DNA of 64,000 nucleotides from an uncultured Opitutales bacterium (GTDB lineage Bacteria; Verrucomicrobiota; Verrucomicrobiia; Opitutales; JAIRKQ01): NCBI GenBank assembly GCA_964577805.1, contig CAZOAG010000004.1, positions 67,634 to 131,633 of the forward strand, read 5' to 3'. Shown piece by piece: positions 56,319 to 64,000 of this stretch (position 1 is its first letter; each line of letters starts with the position of its first letter). The notes under the pieces were generated by a model. It saw only the letters and a program-made list of their open reading frames with translations, ran no database searches and was not told where the DNA came from. The position numbers and the translations under genes were made by a program.

Positions 56319-59300
56319 ATGTCAGAGAAATCCTTCGTTCACTTACACGTACATACGGATTATAGCCTATTAGATGGTGCATGCCGCATGGATAGATTGT
56401 TCAAGCGCGCCAGTGAATTAGGAATGCCAGCTGTCGCAATGACAGATCATGGCAATATTTTCGGAATACCGGATTTTATAAAACATGCAGAAAAAACAAA
56501 TGTTAAACCTCTTGTAGGGTGTGAATGTTATGCATTACATCATGAAAACATAACAGACAGAACAAAATATCCACTATATCATACCGTCCTGATTGTAAAA
56601 AATTTGACAGGATATCAGAACCTTTGCAAAATAGTATCACAGTCGCATGTCGATGGATTTTATTACAAACCACGAATAAATTTCGACATGCTAAAACAGT
56701 ATCACGAAGGACTAATCTGCCTTACAGGATGTTTGCAAGGATATATCCCTCAAATGTTATTAGATGGTCGTGATGATCTCGCGCAGCATGGATTAGATGA
56801 ATTAATTTCATATTTTGGACACGAAAATGTTTTTATTGAAGTACAAGACCACGGAATTGATGAACAAAAAGTAATATTGCCAAAATTACTCCAGTTGGCT
56901 GATGCAAATGCAATACGTGCTGTCGCAACAAATGACTGCCACTATGTGTTGCAATCTGACTGGGAAGCACATGATGCGATGTTATGCATACAAACTGGAT
57001 CCAAAATTAATGATGAAAATCGTATGCGAATGCCATGGCATCAATTCTATATAAAATCCCGTGAAGAAATGGCATTGATTTTCCCAGATCGCCAAGATGT
57101 ACTAGATAATACGCTAGTCATTGCAGAAATGTGTGACTTCCATATGCCATATGGACAAAACCATTACCCTGTTTTCAAACAGCCTGACACATCGTCAAAA
57201 TCTAATAAAGAATTATTACGTGAATTGTGCATCAACGGGTTAAAAAATCGGTATGGAGCAGAATATATTCCACCAGAAAATGATGGTACTGAAACAACTC
57301 AACCAACAAAGGAAGCATTCGGTTCTAATGAGATTTCGCAAGAAGAAAAACATTCAGCAAAAAACTTGAGCAGACGACTAGATTACGAACTATCAATTAT
57401 AGAAAAAACAGGATTCATCGATTATTTTTTAATAGTACGTGATTTTGTGAATTGGGCAAAAACACATGGCGTAGCTGTCGGTCCTGGTCGTGGATCTGGT
57501 GCAGGATGCTTAATGGCATATCTGTTAAACATTACTGATATTGACCCTATTAGATTTAATCTGTTGTTTGAACGGTTCTTGAATCCAGAACGTGTTTCTC
57601 CTCCAGATTTCGACATTGATTTTTGTATGCGTCGTCGGGAAGATGTCATCGAATATGTTCGTGAAAAATACGGGCGTGATCATGTTGCTAATATTATTAC
57701 ATTTGGAACATTCGGTGCTAAAATGGCAATTCGCGACCTATGTCGTGTATATGATATTCCGTACGAAGAAGCTAATAGATTAGCCAAAATGGTACCAGAT
57801 GATCTCGGAATAACAATCGATGGCGCATTAGAAAAATCTGCTGAATTACGATCAGAGCAACAACGAAATCCGCTAATTTGGAAAATTTTAAATGAAGGGA
57901 AAATTATAGAAGGCATGGTACGGAATACAGGAACCCATGCTTGCGGAATAATAATCTCTGACCAACCGACACAAGACCTTGTCCCTGTCACCATACAAGA
58001 TAATTCATTATGTACGCAATATCCTAAAGAAGCAGTAGAACAACTTGGTCTACTCAAGATGGACTTCCTTGGACTCAAAACATTAACAGTTATTGATATT
58101 GCAGAACAGTATATTCAACAACGCCATGGAATGGTAGATTTCAAAGTGTCAAAACTAGGCTTAGATGATGAAGAAACATTCGCCCTCATGAGCACAGGAG
58201 AGACAACTGGTGTATTTCAGTTTGAATCTGGCGGCATGCAACGATGGTGTCGTCAATTTGGATTTTCCAGTGTTGATGAAATCAGCGCACTCAGTGCTCT
58301 TTACCGACCAGGGCCAATGGAATGGTTGCCAGAATATGTTGCTGGGAAAAAAGATCCAACTAAAATAAAGTATGCACATCCACTATTAGAAAATGTCTGT
58401 AGATCAACATATGGCATCTTGGTATATCAAGAACAAGTAATGGAAGCAGCACGTGTTATTGCAGGATATTCTCTAGGAGGAGCTGATATTCTCCGCCGTG
58501 CTATGGGGAAAAAGAAAGTCGATGTCATGAATGCCCAACGCGAGGTATTCGTCAAGGGAGCATTGCAATATAATGGAATCGGACAAAAAAAAGCAGAAGA
58601 AATATTTTCTGTTCTCGAAAAGTTTGCTGGATATGGATTTAACAAGTCCCATTCCGATGCTTATGCCGTCATCGGATATTACACTGCATATCTTAAAGCA
58701 CATTTTCCAGTAGAATTCATGGCGGCATTATTATCATGTGACAGCAATAATGCTGATAAAATCCGTGATCTATTGGCTGAAGCAGCCCGTATGAATATTT
58801 CAGTATTCGGCCCTGATATTAACCAGTCTGGAGAAGAATTCACACCTCATATCGCAAATGACAATGGATATATCCTTTTTGGACTATCTGCAATTAAGGG
58901 CGTAGGTGAAATCGCTGCAAAAAATATTTTATCAGAACGAAATGCGAATGGGCCATTCACTGATTTTATTAATTTTTTAAACCGTGTTGATAATCGAATC
59001 GTCAATAAACGAGTATTGGAATCTTTGATCCTGACTGGCGCATTTGATACATTTAATTATGATCGGAAACATTTGATAGAATATTTACCAACTGCAATGC
59101 AAGAGGTCGCAACATTACAACGAGATAAAGCATGTGGCCAAATGCAGTTATTCGATATGTTAGATTCAAAAAATCAACAAACAGTAACAACTACACAAAT
59201 CCAGACATCCTCCGCACCTATGTCGAAATTAGAAAAACTTCGACATGAAAAAACATTATTAGGATTTTATATCAGTGGACATCCATTAGAAACATATAAA

Positions 59301-59906
59301 ACATTCTTGCCTAGCGTAAACTCTCCTTCCGCAGGAGATTTATCAATATTGAACGACCGTGATAATTTTAGAATATGCGGTGTTATTAGTGGTATTAATA
59401 AAAAGATTACAAAAAAGGACAATCGCGCATGGGCATTTTTCAACATTGAAACAGAAAATGCACAATATCAATTGAATTGTTTCCCCGATGCATATGAACG
59501 AAATTTTTCTAAGATACAAGAGTCTGCCATTGTAATGGTAACTGGGAATGCTCGTTCACGAGATGGTGAAATCGGATATAATGTTAATGAGATTGAATAT
59601 ATCAATAATGCAATACAACGACTGACCCGTACTGTCACGTGGTTATTAGACGCAGAGCATCCACAATTGACAACGTTTTTGAACACATTGAAAGAATTTG
59701 TCCATAATAATGATGGAATTACAGAACATGTCCTAATATTTGAATTCGATGATGGACGTCAGGAAAAAGCAAAACTTGCACAATCCTTGCGCAGCACATG
59801 CGACATGCAATTGTTCCACAAATTATCACAAGACAATGCTGTCAAAGGCATACAATTCTATGTAGAACCATTGCGCAATAATTCTTCTAATCGGTATTAT
59901 GAGTAA
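56319..59906 (+). CDS. dnaE: DNA polymerase III alpha subunit
   Basis: 1195-aa ORF with a PHP domain (FVHLHVHTDYSLLDGA, AMTDHGN), palm and fingers (GPGRGSGAGCLMAYLLNITDIDP, PDFDIDF, YRPGPME, FNKSHSDAYA) and an OB fold. Confidence 0.96.
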   Translation: MSEKSFVHLHVHTDYSLLDGACRMDRLFKRASELGMPAVAMTDHGNIFGIPDFIKHAEKTNVKPLVGCECYALHHENITDRTKYPLYHTVLIVKNLTGYQNLCKIVSQSHVDGFYYKPRINFDMLKQYHEGLICLTGCLQGYIPQMLLDGRDDLAQHGLDELISYFGHENVFIEVQDHGIDEQKVILPKLLQLADANAIRAVATNDCHYVLQSDWEAHDAMLCIQTGSKINDENRMRMPWHQFYIKSREEMALIFPDRQDVLDNTLVIAEMCDFHMPYGQNHYPVFKQPDTSSKSNKELLRELCINGLKNRYGAEYIPPENDGTETTQPTKEAFGSNEISQEEKHSAKNLSRRLDYELSIIEKTGFIDYFLIVRDFVNWAKTHGVAVGPGRGSGAGCLMAYLLNITDIDPIRFNLLFERFLNPERVSPPDFDIDFCMRRREDVIEYVREKYGRDHVANIITFGTFGAKMAIRDLCRVYDIPYEEANRLAKMVPDDLGITIDGALEKSAELRSEQQRNPLIWKILNEGKIIEGMVRNTGTHACGIIISDQPTQDLVPVTIQDNSLCTQYPKEAVEQLGLLKMDFLGLKTLTVIDIAEQYIQQRHGMVDFKVSKLGLDDEETFALMSTGETTGVFQFESGGMQRWCRQFGFSSVDEISALSALYRPGPMEWLPEYVAGKKDPTKIKYAHPLLENVCRSTYGILVYQEQVMEAARVIAGYSLGGADILRRAMGKKKVDVMNAQREVFVKGALQYNGIGQKKAEEIFSVLEKFAGYGFNKSHSDAYAVIGYYTAYLKAHFPVEFMAALLSCDSNNADKIRDLLAEAARMNISVFGPDINQSGEEFTPHIANDNGYILFGLSAIKGVGEIAAKNILSERNANGPFTDFINFLNRVDNRIVNKRVLESLILTGAFDTFNYDRKHLIEYLPTAMQEVATLQRDKACGQMQLFDMLDSKNQQTVTTTQIQTSSAPMSKLEKLRHEKTLLGFYISGHPLETYKTFLPSVNSPSAGDLSILNDRDNFRICGVISGINKKITKKDNRAWAFFNIETENAQYQLNCFPDAYERNFSKIQESAIVMVTGNARSRDGEIGYNVNEIEYINNAIQRLTRTVTWLLDAEHPQLTTFLNTLKEFVHNNDGITEHVLIFEFDDGRQEKAKLAQSLRSTCDMQLFHKLSQDNAVKGIQFYVEPLRNNSSNRYYE

Positions 59907-59969
59907 AAACAACAATTTCTTATAAAGAATATTGATTAATATAAAATTCGCCCATATAAATGACTAATA

Positions 59970-61217
59970 ATGAAGGATTTCTACACAACCCTGTTGCAAA
60001 AGACCAACAAATATAATAAAAAGTATGGCAAGCATACTATAATATCGGCCGCAAAAATCATCTTCTGGGGCTTTCAATATATTATAGGATGTTTGTTGAA
60101 TAAACTTATATTAGAATGTATCAAATTTCATAAAAAATCCTCTCCAGATTCCATCAGCATTGTATATCTTTTGAGCGGTGGCGTTGGCGATATAGTAAAT
60201 TGGGCAGTTTATATAAAAAAATTTTCTGAAAAACTAGACTGCAAATATAATATTACACTAGCGACAACACAGCCCACACAAATCATACAAGATCTATTAT
60301 ATAGCCAGCCATTTATTACAAACATCATGTCGCACAAAGACTGCAACATTCACGATTATGACCTTGTTGTGTAATTTAGTGGATATCTGCCAAAGATAGT
60401 CTACGCTAAAAACAAGAAAATCGCACAAATGTCGATATTCTTGCCACAATTTATACAAACACTGTATAGTTTCTGTCAAAAAAAACCAATGTTAACAACC
60501 GGAGAGCCAATATTTTATCAACAACACTATTGTTTAATAACAGAACAAAATATTACTTCAATAATGGACGTTGCAAATCAGGTTAACATAAAATCCAATG
60601 ATGCAATGTATTTGCACATCAAAGATAACGCAAAGAACATTCTGCATCAATACCAACTAAAAAGCAAACCATTTATTACCATACAACGTGGCGTGAACAT
60701 TAACGAAAAAAACCTTAATGACCTTAGAATATGGCCAATTGAGTATTACAACGATTTAGTTAAATTATTGAAATCACAATATCCCAATATAAAAATTATA
60801 CAATTGGGCACATCACAATCAAAAAATATAACAATCGATGGCATCGACATTAACCTAATCGACAGAACAACATTTAGTGAATGTATGGCATTACTCGATG
60901 CTAGCGCATTGCACATTGATTGCGAATGTGGAATGACACATGTCCGTCATTTTTTATGCCAAAAGCCATCTGTTGTCCTGTTTGGACCAACCAGCCCTAT
61001 TACTAAAGGCCATCCTGAAAATATTAATCTGCGATCAAATGTTTGTAATTGTGAACTGTGCGAATGGTTAATCGGTGGGAACTGGCAACATAAGTGCATA
61101 AAAACAGGAACAAATTTCGCACCATGTATGCATGCTATAACTCCACAAATGGTAATGGACGCCATTAAAAAGCATGACGGTGGAAAATTAGACAAGTTAC
61201 TATTGGCAGTATCATAA
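59970..61217 (+). pseudogene. GT9-family (heptosyltransferase-like) glycosyltransferase interrupted by one in-frame TAA
   Basis: ORFs 59970..60374 and 60429..61217 share a frame. They are separated only by the TAA at 60372-60374 plus 18 sense codons. The N part has LLSGGVGDIV. The C part has RIWPIEYYNDLVKLL...IIQLG, LIDRTTFSECMALLDASALHIDCECGMTHV...PSVVLFGPTSP (GT9 pattern). It could instead be two polypeptides or a base-call error. Confidence 0.6.
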
Positions 61218-61418
61218 AATTCAAACACATGTCGGCGACATTAATCAATTTGTCCTTTGCATAAAAGTTTTTGCATTAGAGATTAAAACATACCAAGTGG
61301 TACTTTTTGAGACCTTTCAAAAAAGGAATGCACAAAAAACATTATACCGACTGTCTGTTTTTATAATAGATTATTGCGTTGCTTGTGATGTTCGTTTTCA
61401 TATCGATTATAGCGCAGC

Positions 61419-62375
61419 ATGAGTGTTGAATATGCAGTTGAGATACGAAATTTGATAAAAAAATATCCTGGAAATTGTGCTCTCAAATGCATCAATGCGA
61501 AAATTCCAAGTGGCGCTGTTGTTGGCTTGCTCGGACCAAATGGTGCCGGAAAGAGCTCCTTATTGAAAATTTTAGCAGGGCTGACAACAGGGACTTCTGG
61601 CGATGTAATTGTCAATGAAATATCTCTTGCTGATAATGCAAAGAAAGCAAAACAACATGTTTCATTCATGCCAGAAAACAATCCTTTGCCAGATTGTTTG
61701 CGGATAAATGAATATTTACGGTTTCGTGCATCGATGAAAAATATTCCATCAAGGCAAATAAGAACAGCAACAGAAAAAGTCATGCGGCAATGCGACATTT
61801 ATAATGATGCTACTCGATACAAAATGATAAAAACATTATCGAAAGGATGTCGTCAACGAGTTGGACTTGCAGATGCTATGCTAGGGTCGGCAAATATTGT
61901 TATATTAGATGAGCCCACCATCGGATTGGACCCTTCTCAAATATGTAATGTACGAAATATTATTTCAGAAATACGAGGATCTCGCACAGTAATAATTTCT
62001 AGCCACATTCTGTCAGAATTAGAAACTTTATGTGATTATTTTATCATATTAAATCAAGGGGAATTAGTAACGTGTGGCACATTGCATGAATTAATAAAGA
62101 CACACATGCAAGAAGACAAACACATTATATCGCTACAAGGAAGCCAACAAGATATTAATGATATCTTTCATCAATTGAATATCGTTCAAGTAATATGTCA
62201 TGTCACAGAAAATATATACGATATTACTTTTTCTGCCACAAAAGAAAAAACTTCGCTGCTCTTAAAACACGTCATTGAAAACAGCAATATTGCTTTACTA
62301 AAATTTGCACCGCTACAATATTCCTTAGAAGATATTTTTATGTCAGCAATGGGAAATATGCAACTCAACAATTGA
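61419..62375 (+). CDS. ABC transporter ATP-binding protein (GldA-like, ABC-2 subfamily)
   Basis: 318-aa ORF with GLLGPNGAGKSS (Walker A), LSKGCRQRVGLA (signature), and ILDEPTIGLD (Walker B). Confidence 0.9.
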   Translation: MSVEYAVEIRNLIKKYPGNCALKCINAKIPSGAVVGLLGPNGAGKSSLLKILAGLTTGTSGDVIVNEISLADNAKKAKQHVSFMPENNPLPDCLRINEYLRFRASMKNIPSRQIRTATEKVMRQCDIYNDATRYKMIKTLSKGCRQRVGLADAMLGSANIVILDEPTIGLDPSQICNVRNIISEIRGSRTVIISSHILSELETLCDYFIILNQGELVTCGTLHELIKTHMQEDKHIISLQGSQQDINDIFHQLNIVQVICHVTENIYDITFSATKEKTSLLLKHVIENSNIALLKFAPLQYSLEDIFMSAMGNMQLNN

Positions 62376-62378
62376 AAC

Positions 62379-63140
62379 ATGAAACAATTTTTCACACTAT
62401 TAAAATATGAATTTTATCGATGGGTAGTATCTCCATCAACATATGCAATGGCGTTGATCTTTGAAGCATTGCTGGTAACAATATTTTTATTTTTGATACA
62501 CGAATATACAATATCTGAACAAAACGTACCGTTTGTTCAAATGTTCTTCCGATGTTTTTGGTTACCAACGTGTACAACAATACCTCTCCTTACCATGCGT
62601 ACATTTTCTGAAGAATATAAATCTGGAACATACGAATCATTGTTTTCATTGCCAATATCAACATGGCAAGCGTCATGTGCAAAGTTCTTCGCAACATACA
62701 TTGTATTCATAGTATTATGGGCAACATCATTGTTGATATTATTTACTGTTGGCAAACAACATGGCACAATATGGCATGAATCATCATTCATGATGCCATA
62801 TAATTTTGGTGGTGGAATAGCATTCATCATGCTAGCAAGCATGCCATTAATCGCAATCGGAATACTATGTAGTGCATTGACAGAAAATCAAATAGTAGCA
62901 GGAATGTTAACGTTCTTTTTTCTATTAATCATTTTTATCGGAGGACAATTTTTTGTAACAAATGCAAAGTCATCTAATATTGATATCATTCGACTATCGT
63001 CCGAACCATTAAATCTATTCTGGCAACTAGATCACTTCTGCAATGGAGTGATAGACATTCCTACAGTAATTTTTTATTTATCATCATGTTTAGCAATTCA
63101 CGCTACAACAACAATAGTATTACATCATCGCATAAGGTAG
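62379..63140 (+). CDS. ABC-2 type permease (GldF-like)
   Basis: 253-aa, 6-TM ORF immediately after the ATPase, with EEYKSGTYESLFSLPIS typical of GldF/ABC-2 permeases. Confidence 0.8.
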   Translation: MKQFFTLLKYEFYRWVVSPSTYAMALIFEALLVTIFLFLIHEYTISEQNVPFVQMFFRCFWLPTCTTIPLLTMRTFSEEYKSGTYESLFSLPISTWQASCAKFFATYIVFIVLWATSLLILFTVGKQHGTIWHESSFMMPYNFGGGIAFIMLASMPLIAIGILCSALTENQIVAGMLTFFFLLIIFIGGQFFVTNAKSSNIDIIRLSSEPLNLFWQLDHFCNGVIDIPTVIFYLSSCLAIHATTTIVLHHRIR

Positions 63141-63150
63141 TTTTAAAATC

Positions 63151-64000
63151 ATGCATGACTTTCGAAAAATACGAAATTACAATATAATATATACCATATT
63201 ATCAATAATATGCATCGTGCTACTTTACTCGAGCATCAATTTTTTTGCATCAAAATATCACCATAGAATATCATTTCACAATAATACAAAATGTTTAAAT
63301 GAAAAATCCCGTGAAGTTTTACGTCATTTGTCCAAATCTGTAGAAATCTATGTCATCCTTGAGCGCACACAAGAGTATGGTGCTATATTTGATATGATAT
63401 GTAAGGACATGCAACATTTGTTAGACAATTATACGCATGCACAGTGCAATGTAGATATTGCAACAGAAATAATCATAGCAACAGAGAACCAACAACGATA
63501 TCATGATATTTCACGACGATTTGGAATATTACCAACAAATTGTGTAATTGTTGCAACGAACAATAAAGAAAAAGTATTATCAATAGATGAATTTTATATA
63601 ACTAATCATGGCGAGCCAATAGCATTCCGAGGAGAACAAATATTATCTACAACATTGAATGAACTATCGTCGTCTGACAATAACGTCATATATTGTTTGA
63701 CTGGTCATGGCGAAAACGAAATCGATAGCACATCACTAATCAATGGAATGTCATCATTCAAATATGCTATTCAACAACGGAACTGTTCTGTACAATCATT
63801 AAATATATATGACACAAAAAATATACCTGAAGACGCAGATATCATAATTATTGCTGGGGCGAAAAGCAAGTTTCTAGGATTTGAAATAGAATTATTGCGC
63901 AATTTTATTGAAACAAAAAATGGAACATTGATCATCTCAATTGATAGTAATTTCGACACTGGCCTTAGTGATTTATTTAGTGACTATGGCATAATCACTG
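63151..64000 (+). CDS. GldG-like ABC-transporter auxiliary protein (5' part; runs off the right window edge)
   Basis: Not in the ORF track because there is no in-window stop. Manual translation from the ATG at 63151 stays open to 64000: an N-terminal TM helix, VEIYVILER..., VIYCLTGHGENEID, and IPEDADIIIIAGAKSKFLGFEIELLRNFIETKNGTLIISID (GldG N-domain pattern). Confidence 0.75.
   Translation, partial: MHDFRKIRNYNIIYTILSIICIVLLYSSINFFASKYHHRISFHNNTKCLNEKSREVLRHLSKSVEIYVILERTQEYGAIFDMICKDMQHLLDNYTHAQCNVDIATEIIIATENQQRYHDISRRFGILPTNCVIVATNNKEKVLSIDEFYITNHGEPIAFRGEQILSTTLNELSSSDNNVIYCLTGHGENEIDSTSLINGMSSFKYAIQQRNCSVQSLNIYDTKNIPEDADIIIIAGAKSKFLGFEIELLRNFIETKNGTLIISIDSNFDTGLSDLFSDYGIIT

Noticed and set aside
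1..64000. Mobile elements, CRISPR arrays, rRNA operons, prophage genes, toxin-antitoxin pairs or known defence systems.
   Set aside because: I found no transposase, integrase or Cas-like ORFs, no regularly spaced repeats and no rRNA-like sequence. The only repeats are the lipoprotein gene duplication and short local inverted or direct repeats.
1..64000. Assigning the window to Chlamydiae on the basis of an Slc1-like chaperone, Tsp, GspF, a PFK paralog and dispersed T3SS genes.
   Set aside because: The T3SS block follows the Ysc order with YscX/YscY-like genes rather than the chlamydial cdsU-cdsV-copN-scc1 order. LtaS-like and GldAFG-like genes are not diagnostic. Taxonomy cannot be settled without database searches.

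Overview
This is an AT-rich, gene-dense bacterial chromosome segment with about 60 genes on both strands. No rRNA, CRISPR array, IS element or prophage is visible. Most of it is housekeeping: the str operon end (rpsL-rpsG-fusA), mutL, rpsR, tsaC/sua5, hisS, rpsO-pnp, hemW, priA, cmk, rho, glgB, dxs, aspS, efp, dnaE, tRNA-Gln(UUG) and tRNA-Ser(CGA). Gram-negative envelope and secretion genes are present too (skp, an lptF/G-type permease, tail-specific protease, gspF, a GldA/F/G-like ABC system). The most notable content is a stand-alone type III secretion (injectisome) module at 32.7-37.6 kb. Its gene order copies the Yersinia yopN-tyeA-sycN-yscX-yscY-yscV block, and its gatekeeper gene is broken mid-domain by a single in-frame UGA. 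Possible T3SS accessories are scattered elsewhere: a YopD/PopD-like glycine-zipper protein, an orphan CesT-like chaperone, and a disordered N/Q/T-rich protein with a C-terminal hydrophobic hairpin. Other items worth a second look:
- an adenylate-kinase homolog carrying a Sec signal peptide
- two tandem 372-aa lipoprotein paralogs with a conserved upstream element and TTG starts
- a phosphofructokinase-family protein with degenerate catalytic motifs
- a MutL lacking the endonuclease motifs
- a Rho with a ~200-aa N/Q-rich N-terminal extension
- two decayed genes: a Vat-type streptogramin acetyltransferase remnant and a GT9 glycosyltransferase with one in-frame stop

Together these suggest a host-associated bacterium undergoing genome reduction. 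I cannot assign a taxon from the sequence alone. Several proteins look PVC/Chlamydiae-like, but the T3SS synteny is Ysc-like rather than chlamydial. All family assignments come from motif recognition by eye and need HMM/BLAST confirmation.
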